DNA of 49,520 bases from Candidatus Poribacteria bacterium (GTDB taxonomy: Bacteria; Poribacteria; WGA-4E; UBA9662), in assembly GCA_046582655.1 (NCBI GenBank), contig JAYGDX010000417.1, positions 1 to 49,520 of the forward strand, written 5' to 3'. How positions within the stretch are numbered: the first letter of the stretch is position 1; each line of letters opens with the position of its first letter. Of this stretch, positions 39,023 to 47,597 are shown in pieces. Both the position numbers and the translations under genes were made by a program. Under the pieces are notes generated by a model that ran no database searches, was not told the origin of the DNA, and was given only the letters and a program-made list of their open reading frames with translations.

Positions 39023-39084
39023 AAGTTAAAACAAGTTATGCACAACAGAAGTACAAGTAAATTGTAACATTATACAAAAAAGTG

Positions 39085-39113
39085 TTGCACGATTTATCAA
39101 TCTCTTTTATAAT
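39085..39113 (+). promoter_or_regulatory. Sigma70 promoter for larA-minCDE
   Basis: TTGCAC-N17-TATAAT. Confidence 0.7.
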
Positions 39114-39162
39114 GGAATTCATGCCCCAAACAAAAAGTGATTGTAAGGATCAGTTCTAAGCA

Positions 39163-40434
39163 ATGCAGGTTAACATGAAGTATGGCCGTAGTGAGATTAG
39201 GGTTGATGTTCCCGATCATAATCTTGCAGATGTATTGACATCACAAGAATTCCCGCCAATTGATAATCCTGAACGAGCAATTTTGGATGCCCTCGAATCG
39301 CCTATAGATTCGCCTGCACTATCAGAACTGGCCAAGAATCGAGAATCCGCGACCATTGTTATCTCTGACATTACGCGACCCGTTCCAAATAAACTCATTT
39401 TGCCCCCGATACTAAAGATAATTGAAGACCAAGGTGTCCCACGCGACAAAATTAACATCCTGATTGCAACTGGTGTCCATCGACCGAACGAGGGTGATGA
39501 ACTTCTAGAAATGGTTGGCAGTCAGATTGTGGAAAATTATCGCATTGTTAATCACTTTTCACAGAGACCGGAAACGCTAATTAATCTCGGTCAAACACAA
39601 AATGGCACGCCAGTTTTGATCAATAGACTCTATGTTGAATCTGACCTGAGAGTTATATCAGCTCTCATCGAACCACATTTGATGGCCGGATACTCAGGTG
39701 GACGAAAAGCAATTTGTCCCGGTTTGGCAAGTATCGAAACAATGAAAATCATGCATGGCCCCGAAATACTTGAGCATCCAAAGGCGACAGTTGGGATTCT
39801 AGAAGGTAATCCGTTCCATGTTGAAGCGACAAAAATTGCTCTGATGGCCGGTGTCGATTTTAGTTTGAACGTTACAATTAATGATCGTCGTCAACTAACC
39901 GGAGTGTTTGCGGGAGATATGGTAAATGCTCACCTGGCTGGTACCAAGTTTGTAGAAAAACAAACAAAGGTAACTCTCTCAGAACCAGTAGACGCAGTCA
40001 TTGTTTCCTCTGCAGGTTATCCTTTAGATGCAACATTTTATCAGGCAATAAAAGGAGTACTTGCCGCTGTTGAAGTTGTCAGAGAAGGTGGGATGGTGAT
40101 CTTGGTCGCCGAATGCCAAGAGGGAATTGGTAGTGGCCCGTTTACGGATCTGATCCTAAAAACGAAAAACTTAGAACAGTTCGTTCGCAATATATATAAC
40201 CCAAAGAATTTTGTGATAGATCAATGGCAACTTGAAGAACTCGCCAAAGCCACCCGAAAAGCTGATGTTTATTTTTATTCTGATAAGATTCCTTATGAAC
40301 AACAAAAAAATCTTTTTGTCAATCCTTTAAGATCCCCTAATGAAGGAATTGAAATAGTACTCAAAAAATATGGGGAAGGCGCGAAAATCGTTGCCATTCC
40401 AGACGGTCCTTACGTTTTGGCAAAGGTTGCATGA
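39163..40434 (+). CDS. larA: Nickel-pincer-dependent lactate racemase family protein (LarA homolog)
   Basis: ISDITRPVP, ATGVHR, NH, EPHLMAGYSGGRKAICPG, GYPLD..FYQAIK. Confidence 0.9.
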   Translation: MQVNMKYGRSEIRVDVPDHNLADVLTSQEFPPIDNPERAILDALESPIDSPALSELAKNRESATIVISDITRPVPNKLILPPILKIIEDQGVPRDKINILIATGVHRPNEGDELLEMVGSQIVENYRIVNHFSQRPETLINLGQTQNGTPVLINRLYVESDLRVISALIEPHLMAGYSGGRKAICPGLASIETMKIMHGPEILEHPKATVGILEGNPFHVEATKIALMAGVDFSLNVTINDRRQLTGVFAGDMVNAHLAGTKFVEKQTKVTLSEPVDAVIVSSAGYPLDATFYQAIKGVLAAVEVVREGGMVILVAECQEGIGSGPFTDLILKTKNLEQFVRNIYNPKNFVIDQWQLEELAKATRKADVYFYSDKIPYEQQKNLFVNPLRSPNEGIEIVLKKYGEGAKIVAIPDGPYVLAKVA

Positions 40435-41156
40435 ATAATAGTTGGATTAAAATGAATGATGAATCATATGTACCTGTTGAATTGAAGGGATATCGAGATG
40501 GGCTGCGTCTAATTATAGACTCAGACGCTTCAATTGCTGAAATTGAGTCAGCCATAAAACAGCGCCTGGCAAATCTTGGAAATTCGCTGGCAGGTACTAT
40601 GGTTAGAATCGAACAACAAAATCAGTCATTATCACCACAGGATATCAGTCATTTCTACTCTTTGATGCAACAGGAATATGGTCTTGAGTCTTTAAATGCT
40701 GGTGACGAAATTATCACCATGTCTCGACTAACTTCTTCATCAACCGAAAAACCGATTCAGGGAATTCCCGCGGATTCGCCAGGCGCGTCAGTTTATAATG
40801 AGCCTTTTTCAACTGACAAAGAGAAGGCGGAACTCATTCGTTACACACTTCGTTCCGGGCAGATGGAGCGTTTTCTAGAAGGTAATATTATTGTGCTAGG
40901 GGATGTTAACCCTGGTGCTGAGGTAACAGCTTCTGGCGATATTATTGTACTTGGAAATTTGCGCGGGATTGCGCATGCTGGGGCTTTGGGAAATATAGCA
41001 GCTGCTGTCGTCGCTATGAACATGGAACCAACGCAACTTCGGATAGGTAATGTAATTACACGGCCTCCTGCAAGGAAACGCCGTCGTAAACCTATGATGG
41101 AAGTGGCACGAATAAAACAAGGTAACGTCATAGTTGAGGATTTTGAAGAATTTTAG
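40431..41156 (+). CDS. minC: Septum site-determining protein MinC
   Basis: TLRSGQ, GDVNPGAEV.A.GDIIV.G.LRGIAHAG, PTQLRI. Confidence 0.93.
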   Translation: MNNSWIKMNDESYVPVELKGYRDGLRLIIDSDASIAEIESAIKQRLANLGNSLAGTMVRIEQQNQSLSPQDISHFYSLMQQEYGLESLNAGDEIITMSRLTSSSTEKPIQGIPADSPGASVYNEPFSTDKEKAELIRYTLRSGQMERFLEGNIIVLGDVNPGAEVTASGDIIVLGNLRGIAHAGALGNIAAAVVAMNMEPTQLRIGNVITRPPARKRRRKPMMEVARIKQGNVIVEDFEEF

Positions 41157-41209
41157 GTGTTATGAAAAGCTACCCTAGTTAATCTGTCAATCAATTTGGA
41201 GATAATAAA

Positions 41210-42007
41210 TTGGGAAGAGTTATCGTTGTTACATCTGGAAAAGGAGGTGTTGGCAAAAGTACATGTGTTGCCAATATCGGGACAGCTCTTGCATTATCAA
41301 ATAGAAAGGTGGTGGTGGTTGATGCAGACATTGGATTACGTAACCTAGACGTAATCATGGGATTAGAAGGTCGTGTTGTCTACACGTCAATGGATGTCAT
41401 TGACGGTAGCAGCACCCTCGAACGTGCTCTGGTCAAAGATCGACGCGTTGAAAATCTTAAGCTCTTAGCTGCTTCCCAACGGAATAATAAGAATGATGTT
41501 GAGCCAGAGCAAATGCGTGACATGTGCCTTAAACTGAAAGAAGAGAATGACTACGTGCTTGTTGATTCACCAGCAGGTATCGAGCAAGGATTTAGAAATG
41601 CCGTATCCGCCGCTGAAGAAGCGTTAGTGGTAACTACACCAGAGGTTTCGGCGGTGAGGGACGCCGACCGAATTATCGGGCTCTTACAATCCGAAGATAT
41701 CCATAAGATCGACCTAATCATTAACCGGCTCAACCCAAAAATGGTGGCAAAAGGCGACATGTTAGATTCAGAGGATGTTCTTGATATTCTATCAATTAAT
41801 CTCATTGGTGTCATTCCAGAGGATTTAAATATTGTCGGTTCAACAAATCGTGGCCAGCCACTTATACACGACAGCAAAACTGGTGCAGCGGGAGCTTATA
41901 GGCGGATTTCTGAAAGAATAGAAGGGAAAGAAATGCCGATCCCTGATTTCAAAGTTGATGGTACATTTATCCGCTTTTGGGGGAAATTACTTGGTCGACG
42001 GGATTGA
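41210..42007 (+). CDS. minD: Septum site-determining ATPase MinD
   Basis: TSGKGGVGKST, DADIGLRNLD, DSPAGIEQGF, PEVSAVRDADR; C-terminal amphipathic membrane-targeting helix FIRFWGKLLG. Confidence 0.97.
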   Translation: MGRVIVVTSGKGGVGKSTCVANIGTALALSNRKVVVVDADIGLRNLDVIMGLEGRVVYTSMDVIDGSSTLERALVKDRRVENLKLLAASQRNNKNDVEPEQMRDMCLKLKEENDYVLVDSPAGIEQGFRNAVSAAEEALVVTTPEVSAVRDADRIIGLLQSEDIHKIDLIINRLNPKMVAKGDMLDSEDVLDILSINLIGVIPEDLNIVGSTNRGQPLIHDSKTGAAGAYRRISERIEGKEMPIPDFKVDGTFIRFWGKLLGRRD

Positions 42008-42020
42008 GGGACGCAATTAA

Positions 42021-42392
42021 ATGATTCAACGATTAATCCAAATACTCACACGAGCGGATAAAAGTAAAAATATTGCCAAAAGCCGTCTTAAGTTGATACT
42101 TGTTCAGGATCGATTCAGTATCAATGAGGAAGTCATGCAGAGTCTCCAATCAGAAGTTACAATACTCTTATCGAAATACTTTACACTTAAGACTGATGAA
42201 GTTGAAATGGATCTGGAACGTAAAGGTAATGCTTTGGCACTTGTTGCTAGCATTCCTATCTTAGGTATGAAGGAAAGAAAAAGCGAGCTTAATACCAAAG
42301 AAGAATCAGAGAATGAGGAACCTAGCACAAACGACCCCGGCATGGATCAACAGGAAGAAAAAGAAGAAGCTACAGAAAATAATTCAAATTAA
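42021..42392 (+). CDS. minE: Cell division topological specificity factor MinE with acidic C-terminal tail
   Basis: SKNIAKSRLKLILVQDR and LVASIPI; located after minD. Confidence 0.92.
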   Translation: MIQRLIQILTRADKSKNIAKSRLKLILVQDRFSINEEVMQSLQSEVTILLSKYFTLKTDEVEMDLERKGNALALVASIPILGMKERKSELNTKEESENEEPSTNDPGMDQQEEKEEATENNSN

Positions 42393-42394
42393 TT

Positions 42395-43264
42395 TTATAA
42401 TAACAATTTTTCAACAGCAACAGCTATTCCGTCATCGTCGTTCGATGTTGTAACGTAATCTGCAATCGCCTTGATTTCATCAACAGCGTTTGCCATTGCA
42501 ATACTGAATCCTACCGTTTCCATCATACTTTTATCATTGTAACCATCACCAAATGCCACCGTATTTGAAATCGGAATCTTGAGTTGAGCCGCAAGTGCTT
42601 TCAGTGCTCGACCTTTTGTCGATTGCAGATTCATAAACTCAATGTATTCGATTTGCGTCTTTGTTACATATAGATCATGTCCGAATGTCTCTTGCAGTAT
42701 TGGAAACAGTTGGTCAATTTTCTCCGGTTCGTCAAGTATCTGCACCTTTGTGGGTTCCTCTCCAGCTAAGGACAGAAGGTTTCCAACCGCTGTTGCAGAG
42801 ATTCCCGTTCGAAATTCATAAAGGTCACTCCATTTATTTTTTTCTCGGACATAAAGTTCATCATTCAGACAGAAATTGAGATGTAGGTTTTCCTGATTAA
42901 CAAGATCAATTATTTTACGGGCAAATTTTGCGGGGACTGGCGTATGACTGTATATCTTCCCCGTGGTTGCATGTTTAACCATCCCACCATTATAGGAAAC
43001 AATTGGATTTTCAAGTCCAATCTGGTTGCTTATAGGCAATATAGATCTATGCATTCTGCCAGAAACTAGCACCACATATATACCTTGTTCTGACACTTGT
43101 GTCAAAATCTGCTTGTTTCGAAAGCTTACCGAATGGTTGCTATTCAACAACGTTCCATCAAGGTCTAACGCTATGAGTTGGGGACTTTCTGGTAATGCCA
43201 AAAGAGGTATATCTTCCATTTCTAAGAGGCAGCTTATTACCAAATAAATGTCATTTATAGACAT
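42395..43264 (-). CDS. Cof-type HAD-IIB family hydrolase
   Basis: DLDGTLL, SGR, YNGG, KGRAL, AFGDGYNDKSM, AMANA. Confidence 0.93.
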   Translation of the reverse strand: MSINDIYLVISCLLEMEDIPLLALPESPQLIALDLDGTLLNSNHSVSFRNKQILTQVSEQGIYVVLVSGRMHRSILPISNQIGLENPIVSYNGGMVKHATTGKIYSHTPVPAKFARKIIDLVNQENLHLNFCLNDELYVREKNKWSDLYEFRTGISATAVGNLLSLAGEEPTKVQILDEPEKIDQLFPILQETFGHDLYVTKTQIEYIEFMNLQSTKGRALKALAAQLKIPISNTVAFGDGYNDKSMMETVGFSIAMANAVDEIKAIADYVTTSNDDDGIAVAVEKLLL

Positions 43265-43267
43265 TCA

Positions 43268-44383
43268 TTAAATGGCCTCCTGACTTTCCTGATCAAAAAT
43301 ATGGATAGCCCGCTCTTCAAAATTGATCCATACAGGTTCACCAACAGAAACTTGAAAGGATGAATGAACACGTGACTTTAAAAAAACTGGGGAGTGAGTC
43401 TGATTATTTTCACCAAGTATGACATCGATTATTTTCGCAGCGCCGAGGTACTCAACAAGATGAACGTTGGTTTCAATTTGACAGTCTATTGGAGTTTTGG
43501 AAAGCGTAACATGTTCAGGGCGTATGCCAAAAATGATCTTGCTTAATTTATGTTTCTGCATCATCTTTTGAGTAATTGCTTCAGAAAGAGTAAACGAGCA
43601 TTCAGTATGAAGTAACGATAATACTAATTCACCACTTTTTGATTCTAAGACACATTCCAGGAGGTTCATCGCTGGACTTCCTATAAACTGAGCAACGAAA
43701 AGATTCTTCGGCTGATTATATATCTTTTGGGGTGGATCAATCTGCTGGATTTCACCTTGGTGCATAACCACAATTCGATCCGCCATTGACATAGCTTCGA
43801 TCTGATCATGTGTTACGAAGACAGTCGTTGTTTCAATTTTTTTCTGTAGCCGCTTCAATTCTGATCGCATCTGAATCCTCAATTTTGCGTCCAGATTTGA
43901 CATCGGTTCGTCCATCAAAAAAGCTTTTGGCCGACGGACCATCGCACGACCAAGAGCGACACGTTGCATTTCACCGCCACTCAACTGTTTGGGTTTCTGA
44001 TTCAATGAGGCGTCAATTTGCAGAGTTTCGGCCACTTCTAGCACGCGCCTCTCAACCTCTGTTTTTTCGACCCTCGAAGCTTTGAGAGGAAAAGCAATGT
44101 TGTCAAAAACAGTCAGGTGAGGATATAAAGCATAGAATTGAAAAACGAATGAAATATTTCGATCAGCCGGCGACAGGTCATTAATGGAATTCTCATCGAT
44201 GAGGATATTACCTGCGTCGATATCCTCAAGTCCAGCGATTGCGCGAAGAGTCGTAGTTTTGCCGCATCCAGAAGGCCCAAGCATCACCAGAAATTCGCGG
44301 TCGTAAATCTCTATACTGACATTATTAACAGCAATTACATCGCCAAAACACTTGGTAACATTTTTCAGCTCGATCTTTGCCAT
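43268..44383 (-). CDS. Sugar ABC transporter ATP-binding protein (MalK/MsmX/UgpC family)
   Basis: GPSGCGKTT, LSGGEMQRVALGRA, LMDEP.SNLD, VTHDQ.EAM, GIRPE (TOBE); start placed at MAKIELK. Confidence 0.95.
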   Translation of the reverse strand: MAKIELKNVTKCFGDVIAVNNVSIEIYDREFLVMLGPSGCGKTTTLRAIAGLEDIDAGNILIDENSINDLSPADRNISFVFQFYALYPHLTVFDNIAFPLKASRVEKTEVERRVLEVAETLQIDASLNQKPKQLSGGEMQRVALGRAMVRRPKAFLMDEPMSNLDAKLRIQMRSELKRLQKKIETTTVFVTHDQIEAMSMADRIVVMHQGEIQQIDPPQKIYNQPKNLFVAQFIGSPAMNLLECVLESKSGELVLSLLHTECSFTLSEAITQKMMQKHKLSKIIFGIRPEHVTLSKTPIDCQIETNVHLVEYLGAAKIIDVILGENNQTHSPVFLKSRVHSSFQVSVGEPVWINFEERAIHIFDQESQEAI

Positions 44384-44385
44384 AT

Positions 44386-44970
44386 CTATAGAGGAGCCCA
44401 CTCTATTACTGTCCACATGACAAATCCAGACATAAGCGGCACAGTTAAATTGTCATCGATCCCAATCGGAATGAGCTCAAAAGCAGTGGCGGCGACAGCA
44501 CCAAATAACCCAACAATCGGCTTAATCTTAATAACAAGGATTGAGACAACAAAACAAGTTACAAAACAAGCTAAACTTCCTTCGAGACTCTTCCCTGACA
44601 AGATTCTTATTCGTCCCCATTTTTTGCCTATGATTGCCGCAAACAAATCTCCCAGTCCCAGAAATGTTATGCAAGTCACCGCAATTTTTTGAGGGAAAAG
44701 GATAACAGACAAGAGGGAGCTAAGCACAAAATAGGTCGAGCCTAGTACTTTACCCCGTTTTTCATGAGAGCGTAAAATTGGTGAAAGGAACTTCAGGAAC
44801 GAGCTACTGAAATCGGGAACCACGTACCTAAAGATCTCCAAACATAAAAATAGCCATGCTACAAAAATCAGACCGACAACAATAAAGCGCTTATTGTCAG
44901 CATAGTGATAAAGAATTGGTATAACTAAACCAATAAGGTGAGTGATTTTCCGCTGAATTTCTTTTAGCAT
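44386..44970 (-). CDS. Polyprenol/phytol/diacylglycerol kinase-like membrane protein (CTP_transf_1 / SEC59-DGK1-VTE5 family)
   Basis: RKITH, GDLFAAIIGKKWG, KSLEGS, DDNLTVP. Confidence 0.85.
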   Translation of the reverse strand: MLKEIQRKITHLIGLVIPILYHYADNKRFIVVGLIFVAWLFLCLEIFRYVVPDFSSSFLKFLSPILRSHEKRGKVLGSTYFVLSSLLSVILFPQKIAVTCITFLGLGDLFAAIIGKKWGRIRILSGKSLEGSLACFVTCFVVSILVIKIKPIVGLFGAVAATAFELIPIGIDDNLTVPLMSGFVMWTVIEWAPL

Positions 44971-45780
44971 TTAAGAAAATGCAAGGTGAGCATTTTGGAC
45001 GACTTGGTTAACCCGATTAGACCAATCCTTCTGGTTACTACTACCATACTTCATCAAGATAAAAAACTCGATATTGCCTGCAGGCCCCCGTACTGGGGAA
45101 AATGAAATTGCCATTACAAAAAGCTCCAATTCCGTTATAAATTTAATTAGTTCATATAAAACGTTGGTATGAACTTGCGAATTACGAATAACCCCGCCCT
45201 TCTCCACTAGACCTTTTCCCACTTCAAACTGTGGTTTTATCAAAGCAAGAATATTCCCTGTTGGCTTAATGATGTCCATGACAGCAGGAATTACCTTTTT
45301 CAAAGAAATGAATGAAACATCGATGACAGCAATATCAATTGGCGAACTGAATTGGGCTGGATTAACTTGACGGATGTTCGTGCGTTCGATTACATCCACA
45401 CGTGGATCTTGACGAAGTTTCCAAGCTAATTGACCATATCCCACATCAATAGCGTAAACGAACTTGGCACCATTTTGTAATAGGCAATCGGTGAACCCTC
45501 CAGTTGAAGCACCGACATCAACTGCCACCATTCCATCAACGAGAAGGTCGAAGTCTCTGATTGCTTTCTCAAGTTTGATTCCACCTCGTCCAACGTACTT
45601 GGATGGTTCACGAACATCAATCTCTGTATCATGCGGAAAGAGTTGCCCCGGTTTCAAATCTGTGTTGCCATTAACACTCACTTCACCGGCAAGGATAAGT
45701 CGCCTAGCTTTTTCGTGACTTTCAGTCAGTCCGCGACTAGAGATTAAAACATCAAGTCTCTTCTTCCTCTGGTTCTTCAA
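44971..45780 (-). CDS. tlyA: TlyA family rRNA (cytidine-2'-O)-methyltransferase
   Basis: S4-like KRLDVL, YVGRGGIKL, DVGASTGGFTD, DVSFISL, LIKPQFE, GNIEF. Confidence 0.95.
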   Translation of the reverse strand: MKNQRKKRLDVLISSRGLTESHEKARRLILAGEVSVNGNTDLKPGQLFPHDTEIDVREPSKYVGRGGIKLEKAIRDFDLLVDGMVAVDVGASTGGFTDCLLQNGAKFVYAIDVGYGQLAWKLRQDPRVDVIERTNIRQVNPAQFSSPIDIAVIDVSFISLKKVIPAVMDIIKPTGNILALIKPQFEVGKGLVEKGGVIRNSQVHTNVLYELIKFITELELFVMAISFSPVRGPAGNIEFFILMKYGSSNQKDWSNRVNQVVQNAHLAFS

Positions 45781-46978
45781 CTTTTATGACTTTAACTTCA
45801 TCTCCTTTTTTAATTTTGCCAAATCCTTCAATAATACGAACTTTCGAAAGCCGATCCGTTTGAATCTCAGTAACTTCAATTATTCCAATTTTTCTGCTCA
45901 GATACCCAAGAATCTCATTGGTGTCGGGATCCACAAGAGGTTCCGCCGCATTAACCTCCAGTTTTTGTTGTACTGCAATGTTTCGTGCAGAGCCAATATT
46001 AATGTAGCATTGGTCTGGATTTTCTAGATCGGCGTAAATAATCTTCCCTGCGATTTCTTTGGTTACTGTTTTCCGTGAGTCTTTGGAACCCGAATTTAGG
46101 TTGTCTGCGATTAGCTCCGGACCAATTACTTCACGCAAAGCCTGAACAACTTTTCCAAGCACTTCGTCCGTTGCTAAGCCAAACAATGTTCTATCAAAAG
46201 TTGGGGAACCAAACCCAATTTTTCTCAGTATAGCTGGATCAACAATCGGTCTTAACCTTTTCTTTTCTTCGGATGCTGGAGACTGGCCAAGCCGAAATTC
46301 AGATCCTTGTTCCGTCGTGATTGCTTCAAACGCAGCCATTTTTGCCCCGCCGAGTTGGTGACGCTTACGAGCAGAAATCTTGCGTGTTGCAATTTTCCTG
46401 CCTGCAGTGCCGAAGAAGTCAGCATTCAGATCAACAGTTGCACTGTAAAGATAACCAATCATCTCATAACTCGTCATGTATCCAAGAGGCATATTACGCA
46501 TACTGTTACTAGCGTTACCAGTGTTTCCTTCAATAAGTGATCGAGATGCATTGGCTCGTACACGTTCCTGATTAAATTTTCGTACATCACCAATAATGAT
46601 AACTTCGGCATTCAGTTCCTTTAACAGTTGATCTCGACTTTCAGCGCTTGACATAATTGACTTTCTCGATATTTGCAGTTTCGCTATCCCATCCATAATT
46701 TCATCTTGCGTGATGGGTTCGTAAATCTGTGTTTGAGCTAACTTCCGATTGAGTAAGGTTCTAAATCCAGCGCTGAGATCCCAGTCTGTACGTTTCTTAG
46801 TTCCACCAAATATTTTGCCAAGTAATCCTCCAGCAGGAATACAGCCACATCCTGTTGGTGAATCGAATTGGCTATGATCTTCAAACGCTAAAACGACAAC
46901 ACGCTTTCCTTCTCCAAATCCAAGTATCGTAATTAAGATCAAACAAGAAAAAATAAAGCCTCTATTTATGGATGCCAT
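45752..46978 (-). CDS. Exported protein with CsgG/TolB-N-like alpha/beta domain and FlgT-C-like beta-barrel
   Basis: Signal peptide; RVVVLAFED, AEVIIIGDV..F; C-terminal YINIGS, LVDPDTNEILG, IKKGDEV. Confidence 0.65.
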   Translation of the reverse strand: MASINRGFIFSCLILITILGFGEGKRVVVLAFEDHSQFDSPTGCGCIPAGGLLGKIFGGTKKRTDWDLSAGFRTLLNRKLAQTQIYEPITQDEIMDGIAKLQISRKSIMSSAESRDQLLKELNAEVIIIGDVRKFNQERVRANASRSLIEGNTGNASNSMRNMPLGYMTSYEMIGYLYSATVDLNADFFGTAGRKIATRKISARKRHQLGGAKMAAFEAITTEQGSEFRLGQSPASEEKKRLRPIVDPAILRKIGFGSPTFDRTLFGLATDEVLGKVVQALREVIGPELIADNLNSGSKDSRKTVTKEIAGKIIYADLENPDQCYINIGSARNIAVQQKLEVNAAEPLVDPDTNEILGYLSRKIGIIEVTEIQTDRLSKVRIIEGFGKIKKGDEVKVIKVEEPEEEET

Positions 46979-47408
46979 CTGTTATTATCCCTACTATAAG
47001 GAATTGACGCAGTAATTTTAATTGTTTGTCGTGTTTCTGTCAAGCCAAAGCGAATGGAGCATTCTCGCTATTAAAGATATAGAGAAAATTCTGTGAAATT
47101 GAGTATACTATGGAGCTAAATAGACATGTACCGTTTTAATTTTCAAACACCAGGTGCTAGGTTGAGTTCATTATTTCAATGGGCCCCGACCTTAGTCCGT
47201 AGTCGAATATTGTAATAACAGCAGGAAACAACTCATTATGTTCGAAATATGCGGTAATATGACACTAGCACTTTTGACAAAAAATAGGCGGTCAACTCTA
47301 CTTCAATCAGGGCTATGCGAACCACGTCTCTAAAGGCTGAAAAAACCAGAAAAACAGATCGGGAGAAAATGGTGTTTGCCTAATTTCTACTAAAATGACA
47401 CGACTGAG

Positions 47409-47438
47409 TTGTGTAATGTTAGGAAAATCAGGTATAAT
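47409..47438 (+). promoter_or_regulatory. Putative sigma70 promoter for the pseudokinase gene
   Basis: TTGTGT-N18-TATAAT. Confidence 0.4.
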
Positions 47439-47597
47439 TTTAGGGCAATTTTGATTTACAGCTCGACCAAAAAGGATCAGGTTGTAGATGCAATCATTGT
47501 AGACATTGTCTATTTTCTGAGTAAAAGATGGTGTAGATGTCATATTCAACCATGATTCAAGACTATATAGTTCCCAAAGAATCGCATTGAGTGCAAC

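Noticed and set aside
1111..46540. Numerous 60-160 aa ORFs nested in or antisense to long genes (e.g. 5712-6188, 14377-14856, 15987-16463, 34555-35016)
   Set aside because: Shadow ORFs of well-supported genes; no motifs or RBS support.
46979..47597. Riboswitch or ncRNA in the roughly 620-bp divergent intergenic region
   Set aside because: Only short weak hairpins and no family motif I can recognise; cannot be supported without a covariance search.
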